A stretch of DNA of 64,000 nucleotides from NCBI GenBank assembly GCA_012728915.1, contig JAAYEC010000040.1, positions 42,617-106,616 on the forward strand, given 5' to 3'. Within the stretch, counting starts at the first letter, position 1. Each line of letters begins with the position of its first letter. Below the pieces are notes generated by a model, which saw only the letters and a program-made list of their open reading frames with translations, made no database searches and was not told where the DNA came from. This stretch comes from Deltaproteobacteria bacterium. GTDB lineage: Bacteria; Desulfobacterota; Syntrophia; Syntrophales; UBA2192. Shown here piece after piece: positions 46,233 through 54,801 of the stretch. Both the position numbers and the translations under genes were made by a program.

Positions 46233-46673
46233 ATGAAACGAATACGGATGTGCGGGACCCGCGAGATTGCGGCGGCGCTGCTCCTCGGGCTTCTTGCCCT
46301 GGCGGCCTGTGCGGGCGCGCCCCGGCAGCCGGCGAGCCCGGCGGGCGGGGGCGATCTGGTGCTCCGCGTCCCGCCTCAGGAGGCGCATGCGCAGGTTGCC
46401 GCAGGGAAGGCGCTCCTGGTGTGCGCCTACGAAAGCGAATCGGTCTGCAGCACGATCATGCTGGAGGGGGCGATCACCCTGAAAGCGTTGCAGGGCCGGC
46501 TCGCGGGGCTGAAGAAGGACCAGCCCATCATCTTCTACTGCGCCTGACCCAATGAGCTCACGTCTGCCGGTCAGGCAGTGAAATACTCGGCCATGGGGTA
46601 CACCAACGTCAGGGCCCTCGAGGGCGGCGTCGAGGCCTGGAAAAAGGCCGGCTACAGGGTCGACAAGAAGTAG
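46233..46673 (+). CDS. Rhodanese-domain lipoprotein with an in-frame TGA (codon 105) in the active-site loop; candidate selenoprotein
   Basis: SD AAGGGAGGG. Lipobox LLALAAC. …QPIIFYCA-TGA(46545-46547)-PNELTSAGQAVKYSAMGYTNVRALEGGVEAWKKAGYRVDKK-TAG(46671-46673). The tail completes the rhodanese fold. Confidence 0.6.
46558..46581 (+). promoter_or_regulatory. Candidate bacterial SECIS hairpin
   Basis: UCAC-(GUC bulge)-UGCC-[GGUCA]-GGCA-GUGA. The apical loop begins 21 nt after the UGA. The loop contains GGUC, as in the E. coli fdhF SECIS. Confidence 0.45.
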
Positions 46674-46827
46674 GAGGGGCGTCCGCCTCCCGCCGCAGCC
46701 CCAGTATCGCCGCGCCTTCTCCGACATGTCCGATGCCGGTTTCGGACCCGCAGCGCTCAAAGCCGCCTGCGAAAAGGTCTGTCAACCGTTTCCATCCACC
46801 ATCGGCATTCTTCAAAGGAGGTGTCCC

Positions 46828-46980
46828 ATGATTCTTCGGTACGGTGGGCGTTTCGCCCTGAAGCTTGCCGGCCACGGTTACATCCGCCACCAGCCGCGTT
46901 CTCACGGCATCAACCTCGGATGGTTCGAAGATTCGCCGTTCATCGCCGAGTCTTACCCAAAGAGACTTGTTCCCCTGTGA
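46828..46980 (+). CDS. First segment (50 codons) of a TGA-interrupted gene; carries the only good SD
   Basis: AAAGGAGG lies 6 nt before ATG 46828. Contains PRSHGINLGW, the first copy of a motif repeated in the next segment. Ends at TGA 46978-46980. Confidence 0.4.
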   Translation: MILRYGGRFALKLAGHGYIRHQPRSHGINLGWFEDSPFIAESYPKRLVPL

Positions 46981-47058
46981 AAATGGGAATCATCGCCGCC
47001 CTGCGAATGGGAGTTCCGCAAGACGGGCGCATCGGGGCCGATCGACACGGCACGCCCC

Positions 47059-47511
47059 GTGGCGCTGTGGAACCGGACGGCGCAGGACTTCGTCGTCTAC
47101 GAAAAACGGGATTACGGCATCAACCTCAGGTGGCTGAAGGACACCAAGCGAAACGACCCGCATGACTGGAGAATCGAGGGCGTCTTTCCGAACATCCGCC
47201 TGAAGAACCTGACCGCGGAAAAGAAGCACGATGCCTATGTCCTGTACGGAAAGAGGGACTATGGGATCAATCTCGTCTGGGGGAAGAAGCCGAACCCGTG
47301 CAACTTCTACGTCGAGACCATGGCGGCGACGGCCCCCCAGCCCGGTCCCGGGGACTACACGCCCGGCGAGGCGGTCTTCACGGCGTCCCGGCCGCGGAGC
47401 TGGATGGTCGAGTGGGACGGCAGGGAGGGGCTTGATTTCGACGCGTACAACACGGTCATGCATGCCCCGTCCATCCAGGACGTCACGCGAACCACGGCCA
47501 CCGTGATCTGA
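47059..47511 (+). CDS. Second segment of the TGA-interrupted gene (hypothetical; two YGINLxW repeats; start of an FN3-like domain)
   Basis: Same frame as 46828, with no stop between 46981 and 47059. GTG start without an SD. Contains KRDYGINLRW and KRDYGINLVW. Ends …APSIQDVTRTTATVI-TGA. Confidence 0.4.
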   Translation: MALWNRTAQDFVVYEKRDYGINLRWLKDTKRNDPHDWRIEGVFPNIRLKNLTAEKKHDAYVLYGKRDYGINLVWGKKPNPCNFYVETMAATAPQPGPGDYTPGEAVFTASRPRSWMVEWDGREGLDFDAYNTVMHAPSIQDVTRTTATVI

Positions 47512-47577
47512 AGGGTCGGGCTCCCGAAGGGATGGGATCCCGCGGTCTGAGCGGGCCGGCTCAAGGCCAGGGCCTGG

Positions 47578-48981
47578 GTGGCGGCCGCGTCAATCCAGAC
47601 GGTTGACGGGCGGCTCTACAAAACCGGTGATCCCGGCTTTCCGATCGCCGCTCGGGATATCACCGGGACCTATAAGTACGAAAGCGGGGTACGCCACGAT
47701 CGCCCCACCGCAGACGGGAAAGGGGCGAGCGATTACTGGCTGAACCGGTATTCCGACCGACCCGTCGCCGAGTTCTCCGTCACGTTCACCGGCCTCGAAC
47801 CCGGGCGCACCTGGCATTACCGGATCGAGAGCGAGGGCATTCTCGACGAGGACGACCGGCAACTCACGACGATCATCATGGCCGACGACGTCTATTTCCG
47901 GACGGCCCCGGAAGGGTCACAGGGCCAGGCCGTCCGGTTTGTGGCGATGGGCGATCTCGGGCCCGGCGACGGGCGTCCCAGCTACTTCTACGACGTCTTC
48001 GACCTGTTCCATGGCGTCAGCCGGGAGAAGGGCCCTCACCTCTGGCTTGCGCTGGGGGATATCGACAACGACACCGACGGCCACCCGAACGCCATGGACC
48101 CCTTCTTTTTCCACGTGTACAATGCCTACCTCGACAAGGCCGACCCCCGGAAGACCGCGTACACGAAAACGGCAAAGAGCACCGCCGTCAAGGCCTTCCG
48201 CAATCCCCCGTATTATGGGCTCCTCGGCGGCCTGCCGGTGTTCCCGACCTTCGGAAACCACGATATCTGCTCCCGTCCCACGAAGGTCTCGAAGGCGGAC
48301 GGAGACTTCGGATACTGGAAGATGGCCTACCGGCAAGGCTTCCGGCTGCCCTCGGCGGGATGGGACGACGCCTCGACGCGCTTCAACGCCGGCAACGGCG
48401 GGTTTTTCTACACGTTTCGCTACGGCAACGTCATCTTCCTGTCCCTCGGGGTCCCCCGGCTCGAGGGATGCAAGCTGAGCAACGGGAAGAGCTGGGCATC
48501 GGAATGGGGCAATGCGCAGGAGGAGAGGCTGCAGGACTTCCTCGGCGCCATCCGCCAGGAAATCGCGAAGCCGGACGTCTGGGTCGTCGCCTATCTGCAC
48601 GATCACCATGCGGCCATCGATTTCGAGAAGGCCTATCCCCAGATGTTCCTCCACAACGGGGTGGACCTCGTGCTGGCGGGCCACCAGCATTTCTTCCAGC
48701 ACAGGACGCTCACCGACGGCAACACCGACTACCGGGCCGTCGTGGTCGGCACCGGCGGCTTCGGGGACACGGATCCGGGGGACGACTGCCACAGGCCGGG
48801 CTTCATCCTGGCCGAGGTCCGGGGCAGCGTGCTGCAGTACTGGAAATACGACACGCACCGCTGCAGCGCGGAGGCCAGGCCGGACGGCCGGGATGCCTTT
48901 GCCCCGGCGGCCGTCCGGGAATACTGCCGGCTGACGAAGACCGGGTTCGGCAGGCATGACGTGGAGGGCACCGAAGGGTAA
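47578..48981 (+). CDS. Metallophosphoesterase (purple-acid-phosphatase-like); third segment of the TGA-interrupted gene
   Basis: Same frame again. …FTGLEPGRTWHYRI…VYFRTAP (end of the FN3-like N-domain), then MGDLG, LGDIDND, FGNHD, YLHDHH, LAGHQHFFQH. GTG start without a clear SD. Confidence 0.65.
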   Translation: MAAASIQTVDGRLYKTGDPGFPIAARDITGTYKYESGVRHDRPTADGKGASDYWLNRYSDRPVAEFSVTFTGLEPGRTWHYRIESEGILDEDDRQLTTIIMADDVYFRTAPEGSQGQAVRFVAMGDLGPGDGRPSYFYDVFDLFHGVSREKGPHLWLALGDIDNDTDGHPNAMDPFFFHVYNAYLDKADPRKTAYTKTAKSTAVKAFRNPPYYGLLGGLPVFPTFGNHDICSRPTKVSKADGDFGYWKMAYRQGFRLPSAGWDDASTRFNAGNGGFFYTFRYGNVIFLSLGVPRLEGCKLSNGKSWASEWGNAQEERLQDFLGAIRQEIAKPDVWVVAYLHDHHAAIDFEKAYPQMFLHNGVDLVLAGHQHFFQHRTLTDGNTDYRAVVVGTGGFGDTDPGDDCHRPGFILAEVRGSVLQYWKYDTHRCSAEARPDGRDAFAPAAVREYCRLTKTGFGRHDVEGTEG

Positions 48982-48996
48982 GACAAGGCCGGGCCG

Positions 48997-49713
48997 CTAC
49001 ATCCCCATGTAGGCCTTCCGGATCTCCTCGGAATCCAGGAGCTCCCGCGACGGGCCCGACTGCACGATGCGCCCGCTCTGCAGCACGTAGCCGCGGTGGG
49101 CGATCTCGAGGGCCTCCTGGACCATCTGCTCCACCAGCAGGACGGTGACGCCGCTCCGGTTGATCGCGACGACGGTCTCCATCATCTTCTCCACGAGCGT
49201 CGGCATGAGCCCGAGCGACATCTCGTCGAGCATCAGCAGCCTGGGCCTCGACATGAGCCCCCGGGCGATGGCCAGCATCTGCTGCTCGCCACCGCTGAGG
49301 GTCTCGGCGGTCTGGCGCGCCCGCTCGCCTAGGACGGGGAAGAGCCGCATCATCTCGTCGAGGCGCCGCCTGATCTCGGCTTCGGATTTTTCGGTGTAGG
49401 CACCCAGCCGCAGGTTTTCCTCGACGGAGAGCTTGGCGAAGACCCGCCGCCCCTCGGGCACGTAGCTGATGCCGAGGGCCAGGGTCTGGTGGGGGCGCAG
49501 GCGGGAGATGTCGCGCCCCTCGAAGCGGATCGTGCCCTGCAGGGGGTTGTTGAGGCCCGCGACGGCGCGCAGGGTCGTCGACTTTCCGGCGCCGTTGGCC
49601 CCGACGACGGCCACCATCTCGCCCGGCATGACCTCGAGGGAGACGCCGAATACAACGGGGACGCCGTCGTAGCCGGCATGGACGTCGACGAGGCTCAGGA
49701 TCGGATCAGCCAT
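48997..49713 (-). CDS. livF: Branched-chain amino acid ABC transporter ATP-binding protein LivF-type
   Basis: GANGAGKSTT, LSGGEQQMLAIAR, LLMLDEMSLGL. Confidence 0.9.
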   Translation of the reverse strand: MADPILSLVDVHAGYDGVPVVFGVSLEVMPGEMVAVVGANGAGKSTTLRAVAGLNNPLQGTIRFEGRDISRLRPHQTLALGISYVPEGRRVFAKLSVEENLRLGAYTEKSEAEIRRRLDEMMRLFPVLGERARQTAETLSGGEQQMLAIARGLMSRPRLLMLDEMSLGLMPTLVEKMMETVVAINRSGVTVLLVEQMVQEALEIAHRGYVLQSGRIVQSGPSRELLDSEEIRKAYMGM

Positions 49714-50464
49714 CGGCCTTTCCCTCCTTCCTCGCCTGCATGCGGCGGCTGAACTTCTCGCCCAGGTAGGCCGTGATCACCCGCTCGTCGTGGATGATCT
49801 CGCCGGGGGGGCCCTCGGCGAGCTTGAGGCCGCCGTCGAGCACCACCACCTTGTCGGCAATGGGCATGATGGCCTCCATGATGTGCTCGACGATCAGGAG
49901 GGTGATGCCCTCCTTGCGGATGGCGCGGATCAGCTCCAGCGCCGTCTTGACCTCCGTGGAGGTGAGCCCCGCCATGACCTCGTCGAGCATGAGAAGCCTC
50001 GGCCGCGTGGCCAGGGCGCGGGCCAGCTCGAGGCGCTTCTTGACGCCGATGGGAAGTTCCCCCGAGACCTTGCCCGCAAACTCGGAAAGGCCGCAGATCC
50101 GGATGCTCTCCTCGGCCGCGGCGCGGGCCCTGGCCGTGTTCGCGTCGTGCAAGAAGGCGCCCACCAGGACGTTGTCGTACACGGTCATGTCCTTGAGGGG
50201 GCGGACGACCTGGAAGGTCCTCACCGCGCCCATCCGCGCGATCCGCCACGACGGAAGCCCCGTGATCTCTTTTCCGTCGAAGAAGATTTTCCCCGATGTG
50301 ACGGGGTAGAGGCCCGAGGCGCAGTTGAAGAGCGTCGTCTTCCCCGCGCCGTTGGGCCCGATCAGGCCCACGATGGCCCCGGCCTCGACGGTGAAGCTCA
50401 CGCGGTCGTTGGCGACGAGCTCGCCGAATTTCTTGGTGACGTCCCGGACCTCAAGCAGTGCCAA
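49706..50464 (-). CDS. livG: Branched-chain amino acid ABC transporter ATP-binding protein LivG-type
   Basis: GPNGAGKTTLFN, LPIGVKKRLELARAL, LLMLDEVMAGL. Confidence 0.9.
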   Translation of the reverse strand: MALLEVRDVTKKFGELVANDRVSFTVEAGAIVGLIGPNGAGKTTLFNCASGLYPVTSGKIFFDGKEITGLPSWRIARMGAVRTFQVVRPLKDMTVYDNVLVGAFLHDANTARARAAAEESIRICGLSEFAGKVSGELPIGVKKRLELARALATRPRLLMLDEVMAGLTSTEVKTALELIRAIRKEGITLLIVEHIMEAIMPIADKVVVLDGGLKLAEGPPGEIIHDERVITAYLGEKFSRRMQARKEGKADG

Positions 50465-51470
50465 GGGAGGCCCCTCCTTTTTCCGCGGCGGCCTTTCGGC
50501 CGCGGCGCTTCGCGATGTCGCGGACGATCCCCGTGATGCCCGCGGGCTGCTTGACGACGATGAGGATGATCAGCAGGCCGAAGATGATGAGGTCCACGCC
50601 TCCTCCGAGGCCGCCCCACTTGGCCCGGGTGAACTCCTGCAGGGGGACGAGCACCGCCGCGCCGACCAGGGGCCCCGCCAGGGTCCCCGCGCCGCCCAGG
50701 ATCGTGACGAGCACGAACTTCATCGACATGTCGAGGGACATGACCATGGCGGGGTCGACGCGGAGGTTGTACTGCACGAAGAAGGCGCCGCACAGGGCCG
50801 CGAGCGCCGCCGACAGGGCCATGGCCGAAAGCTTGACGGCCGTCGAGTTGACGCCGAGCGACTCGGCCGTCTCCTGCCCCGCGCGGACGGCCCGCAGGTA
50901 GTATCCGAACCGGTGCCCCTCGAGGAAGCGCACGATGCCGAAGATGAGGGCAAACAGGGTCAGGGCGCAGTAGAAGTAGCCCGTCTTCGAGTCGTACCAC
51001 ACGAGGTTCGCAAATCCCTCCTCGACGATCATGTAATCCAGCCCCAGCGCGCCCCCCACCCAGTCCCAGACGAGGAACATCCGGTTGAAGATCTCCACGA
51101 TGGCGAAGGTGGCGATGGCGAAGTAGTGGCCGCTCAGCTTGAAGCAGGGATAGCTGATGAGCACGGCCACGACAGCGGCCGAGACGATGCCGGCAAGGGC
51201 CCCCGGCCAGGGCGGCAGGCCGTAGGTGACGACGGCCATACCCGCGCCGTAGGCGCCGATGCCGAAGAACACGGCGTGCCCGAAGGAGGTCTGCCCGCCG
51301 TAGCCACCGATGATGTTCCAGGCCTGCGACATGCAGGCGTAGAGCATCACCAGGATGAGCACGTGCATGAGAAAGGAGTTGGACCCGATGGCCGGGACGA
51401 GCGGCGCCAGGGCGATGAGACCCGTGAAGGCCAGCCAGAGGAGATCGGTGCGCCTGAAGGTTTTGTTCAT
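50451..51470 (-). CDS. livM: Branched-chain amino acid ABC transporter permease LivM-type
   Basis: 339 aa, multi-TM. …GGYGGQTSFGHAVFFGIGAY… is typical. Confidence 0.85.
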   Translation of the reverse strand: MNKTFRRTDLLWLAFTGLIALAPLVPAIGSNSFLMHVLILVMLYACMSQAWNIIGGYGGQTSFGHAVFFGIGAYGAGMAVVTYGLPPWPGALAGIVSAAVVAVLISYPCFKLSGHYFAIATFAIVEIFNRMFLVWDWVGGALGLDYMIVEEGFANLVWYDSKTGYFYCALTLFALIFGIVRFLEGHRFGYYLRAVRAGQETAESLGVNSTAVKLSAMALSAALAALCGAFFVQYNLRVDPAMVMSLDMSMKFVLVTILGGAGTLAGPLVGAAVLVPLQEFTRAKWGGLGGGVDLIIFGLLIILIVVKQPAGITGIVRDIAKRRGRKAAAEKGGASLGTA

Positions 51471-51474
51471 GGGG

Positions 51475-52335
51475 TTACCACCCGAAAATGCCCCTGGGCC
51501 GCAGCAGCACGAGGGTCAGATAGAGTCCGAAGACGGCCACGTACTTGAAGACCGGCGCGATGTAGTAACCGGCCAGGGCCTCGACGAAGCCCACGAGCAG
51601 CGCCGCCACGAGCGCCCCCGGGATGCTGCCGAAGCCGCCCATGGCGACGCAGATGAACGCGATGAGGCCGAACATGGTGCCCACCTCGGGGTGCACGGCC
51701 AGGTAGGTGGGCATGACGCCGCCCGCGATGCCGACCGTCGCCCCGCCGATGCCGAAGATCAGCAGGTAGATTCGCTCCGTGTTGATGCCCATCAGCTCGG
51801 CGGCCTCCTTGTCCATGGCCGTGGCCTGCACGGCCCAGCCGAATCGGGTGCTGCGGATCATGAAGAACACGAGGCCGATCACCGCGAGGGCCAGGAGCGC
51901 CGTGACGAGCTGGGGGACGGGGACGATGATCGCCCCGAGCTGGAACGTCCTGTCGCCCAGCCACGTGTCCGAGAGAATGCGGTAGTTCGGGGTGAACCGG
52001 TTGAGGCACAGGTTCTTCAGCAGCATGGCCAGGCCGAAGGTCGCCAGCAGGGCCGACAGGGGAGGCTTGCCGATGGTGTACTTGATGATCAGCCGGTAGG
52101 TCAGGGCCGCGAGGATGAAGATGAACAGGCCCCCGGCGAACATGGAGACGAGCGGGTCCACGTGGGCCAGGAAACCCAGCCAGTACGTGATGTACATGGA
52201 GATCATCACGTACTCGCCGTGGGCGAAGTTGATCACGTCCATCACGCCCCAGATCAGGCAGAGGCCGACGGCCACCAGGGCGTAGAGCATGCCGTTGAGC
52301 ATGCCGTCCAGAAGCACTTGAAGCAGAGTGTCCAT
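51475..52335 (-). CDS. livH: Branched-chain amino acid ABC transporter permease LivH-type
   Basis: 286 aa. MDTLLQVLLDGMLNGMLYALVAVGLCLIWGVMDVINFAHGE… is typical. Confidence 0.85.
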   Translation of the reverse strand: MDTLLQVLLDGMLNGMLYALVAVGLCLIWGVMDVINFAHGEYVMISMYITYWLGFLAHVDPLVSMFAGGLFIFILAALTYRLIIKYTIGKPPLSALLATFGLAMLLKNLCLNRFTPNYRILSDTWLGDRTFQLGAIIVPVPQLVTALLALAVIGLVFFMIRSTRFGWAVQATAMDKEAAELMGINTERIYLLIFGIGGATVGIAGGVMPTYLAVHPEVGTMFGLIAFICVAMGGFGSIPGALVAALLVGFVEALAGYYIAPVFKYVAVFGLYLTLVLLRPRGIFGW

Positions 52336-52500
52336 GTATGAACGACGCCGGAACGAAAATTGTGCTCCCGGGGAAGCCCCGGTACCGGTACCTCGTGTCC
52401 TTCCCCCATGACGGGAAAGGGCCAGGCTGAGGGTGAAACGGGGAACGGGGGTTGCGGCCCCTCACCTCCATTCCCTCCCGCAGTTCGACTGTGTCACCAT

Positions 52501-52591
52501 GTCATGGCGAAGGAGCGAAGCGACTGAAGCAATCTCCGATGGTATCGAAACGATTGAGATTGCCGCACTCCCTTCGGTCGCTCGCAATGAC
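52501..52591. repeat. Imperfect palindromic intergenic repeat element (36-nt arms, 19-nt spacer)
   Basis: Left arm GTCATGGCGAAGGAGCGAAGCGACTGAAGCAATCTC. Right arm GAGATTGCCGCACTCCCTTCGGTCGCTCGCAATGAC. 28 of 36 positions are complementary. Same family as 8916..8951. Confidence 0.6.
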
Positions 52592-52674
52592 GAGGGCCGA
52601 TTATGACACACTCTCAGAGGGGAGAGGAAGACCGAGGTCCGGGTATTTTCACGGGGACTTCGGTTTTCACAAAA

Positions 52675-52704
52675 GGTGCCGGGGGCCCAGAGACCCCCGG
52701 CACC
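52675..52704 (-). other. Strong GC hairpin in the binding-protein/livH intercistronic region
   Basis: Perfect 11-bp stem GGTGCCGGGGG/CCCCCGGCACC with an 8-nt loop. Confidence 0.6.
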
Positions 52705-52714
52705 GGTTCGCGAG

Positions 52715-52737
52715 AAAAAGGGGACAGTCCCCTTTTT
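52715..52737 (-). terminator. Intrinsic terminator/attenuator directly after the binding-protein gene
   Basis: On the minus strand: GGGGA-CUG-UCCCC followed by UUUUU. It begins 1 nt after the stop codon 52739-52741. An A-run on the other side makes it bidirectional. Confidence 0.6.
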
Positions 52738-52738
52738 G

Positions 52739-54010
52739 CTATCGCTTATCCCACGGCTTCATGGGGAAAACGGGCTTCGTGTCCGCCTTCTCCGTGGGGA
52801 ACACCTTCTTGTACTTGCCGCCCTGCAGCTGGGTGATGATGCTCAGGGCGAACTTGTTCTGACCGCCGGGGACGAAGGCCACCTTGCCGCTCAGGGACAG
52901 AGGGGACGGCCAGGTGTTGGCGTACAGGGTTTCGGCTACCTTCGTGGAGTCGAGGCTCTTGGCCTTTTCGATCGCCTGCGCGAGCACCAGCATCGCGATC
53001 GTCTCCTGGATGCTGTCGCTGTCGTAGGGCACGCCGCCGGTCTTGGACTTGAAGATCTTCTCCACCTCGGCCACGGCGGGCATCATGCTCTGGAACTCGG
53101 GCGAGTAACCCGTGGAGCCCATGAAGAAGTCCGCGTCGGCGCCCAGCTGCTTGGCGATGACCGGGTCCTGGTAGCCGCTGCAGTAGTTCAGGGAGACCTT
53201 CGGCAGCCAGTTCATCTTCTTCATCGTCTTGACCATCAGGGCGTAGTCGGCCCCCAGCACGGCCCCGAAGAGGGCGTCGGGGTTCTTCGCCTTCAGCGTC
53301 TGGATCTCGCTGTTGAGGTTGGTGGCGCCCGGGTTGAAGGGCACGTCGGCCACGATCTGGTACTTGCCGGCCGCCGCCTTCATGGCCTGCTGCGCGGCGT
53401 TCTTGCCGAACACGGAGTTCTCGTATATGATGCCGAGGGTCTTGAGGTTGGCGTTCTTCTGGGTCTTGTTGAGCCACGCCAGGACGTCGGTGAACTCCTG
53501 CGACTCGACCTCGTCCGTGGAGGCCGTGCGGAAGAAGTACTTCATCTCCTTGCGCTGGGTCAGGGAGGCGGCGCTGGAGGCCCCGCACATGAAGATCTTC
53601 TTGGCGCGCTCGGCCACGAGGCTCGCCGGCCCGCTCACCGCGCTGTTGTAAGCGCCGATGATCGCCCACACGCCCTCCTGGTTGATGAGCCGCTCGGCTT
53701 CGGCCTTGCCCACGTCGGGCTTGCCCTGGCTGTCGGTATGCACGAGGACGAACTTGTAGCCCTCGAGCCATCCCTTCTTGTCGGCCAGCGGGACCTTGAT
53801 CGCGGGGTTCTTGTTGTTGAGAATGTCGACGGCCGTCTCCACCGCGGCCTTGCAGCGCTGGCCGGCCAGCGCGACGGGGCCCGTCAGGGGGAAGATGGTG
53901 CCGATCTTGATGACCTTGTCCTGTGCAAGGGACGGACCCGGGGCCGCACCCAGCATCAGGGCGACGGCCACGGCGGCCACGATCCAGAATTTCATGCGGG
54001 GCTTGAACAT
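52739..54010 (-). CDS. ABC transporter substrate-binding protein (LivK / branched-chain amino acid binding family)
   Basis: ATG at 54010 sits 7 nt after AAGGAGGAGG (the listed start at 54043 translates the SD region). Signal peptide, then …VIKIGTIFPLTGPVALAGQ…. Confidence 0.9.
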   Translation of the reverse strand: MFKPRMKFWIVAAVAVALMLGAAPGPSLAQDKVIKIGTIFPLTGPVALAGQRCKAAVETAVDILNNKNPAIKVPLADKKGWLEGYKFVLVHTDSQGKPDVGKAEAERLINQEGVWAIIGAYNSAVSGPASLVAERAKKIFMCGASSAASLTQRKEMKYFFRTASTDEVESQEFTDVLAWLNKTQKNANLKTLGIIYENSVFGKNAAQQAMKAAAGKYQIVADVPFNPGATNLNSEIQTLKAKNPDALFGAVLGADYALMVKTMKKMNWLPKVSLNYCSGYQDPVIAKQLGADADFFMGSTGYSPEFQSMMPAVAEVEKIFKSKTGGVPYDSDSIQETIAMLVLAQAIEKAKSLDSTKVAETLYANTWPSPLSLSGKVAFVPGGQNKFALSIITQLQGGKYKKVFPTEKADTKPVFPMKPWDKR

Positions 54011-54188
54011 CTCGAACCTCCTCCTTTTCAAGTGGTCCTTCACTGAACCGGGACGATAGTAAAAGCATCCTTATATGTCAAGGGGGTTTTCGCGGGCCCC
54101 GATGCCGGAAACGACCGCCTCTTTCCGCTCTACGAGAGGATCATCGAACGGGAAAAGCGGCTCCTGCTGCACGTGGGGACGGGCATGT

Positions 54189-54656
54189 TTACGGAGCTGC
54201 AGGGGAGTTCCCCGCGCTGTCCGGCCGGGACTCCGGGGTGTGGTGGTGGTCGAAGATCTGCGCCTCTTCCCGGGGCAGGAGGGCCTTCAGCCCGGAGCAG
54301 AAGCAGGCGCACCTGATCTCCCCGCCCACCGAAGAAAAATCGGAGGGCCTTGCCAGGACGGTGACGCGGCTGCGGAGGGAGTTCGGCAGCAGCCGGAAGA
54401 AGGCCTCGTTGGCCCTGTAGAACTCGAAGGCCACGAAGACGAGCGCGTAGCCCCTGAGCCGCTCCGGGTCGAGCGCATCCGGTGACTGCGTGATGTCGAC
54501 GCGGCGGATGTCGTGGTCGCAGGCGATGCGGAACAGGGCGGGGATGATCTCCTTGCGCTTCTCCCCCATCCGGCCGATGACCAGCATGGACGGAACGCAC
54601 TTACCGCGCCGTTTGCCGGCCGACGGGACACGGAGCCGTTGTGCGAGGCGTGACAT
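54189..54656 (-). CDS. Hypothetical protein
   Basis: 155 aa. SD GAGGAGGG lies 5 nt before ATG 54656. No recognisable domain. Confidence 0.5.
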   Translation of the reverse strand: MSRLAQRLRVPSAGKRRGKCVPSMLVIGRMGEKRKEIIPALFRIACDHDIRRVDITQSPDALDPERLRGYALVFVAFEFYRANEAFFRLLPNSLRSRVTVLARPSDFSSVGGEIRCACFCSGLKALLPREEAQIFDHHHTPESRPDSAGNSPAAP

Positions 54657-54801
54657 GACGCCCTCCTCTGGAAATTCAGTATACCATTTCCCGCGATTTC
54701 GTACGATACTGACGGGCAGCCGTGACGGGCTCAGGGATGGATTCCGTCCGACGTCTTCGCCCGCCTCGTGAGGACGTCGGCCCGATGGCTGGAGGTGACC
54801 A

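Noticed and set aside
46545-47550. Genome-wide reassignment of TGA (to Trp or Gly) as the explanation for the four in-frame TGAs.
   Set aside because: Many well-defined genes in the window terminate at TGA at the expected protein ends (recC, recB, recD, pgaA, RAYT and others). TGA is therefore a functional stop here, and only local recoding or mutation remains plausible.
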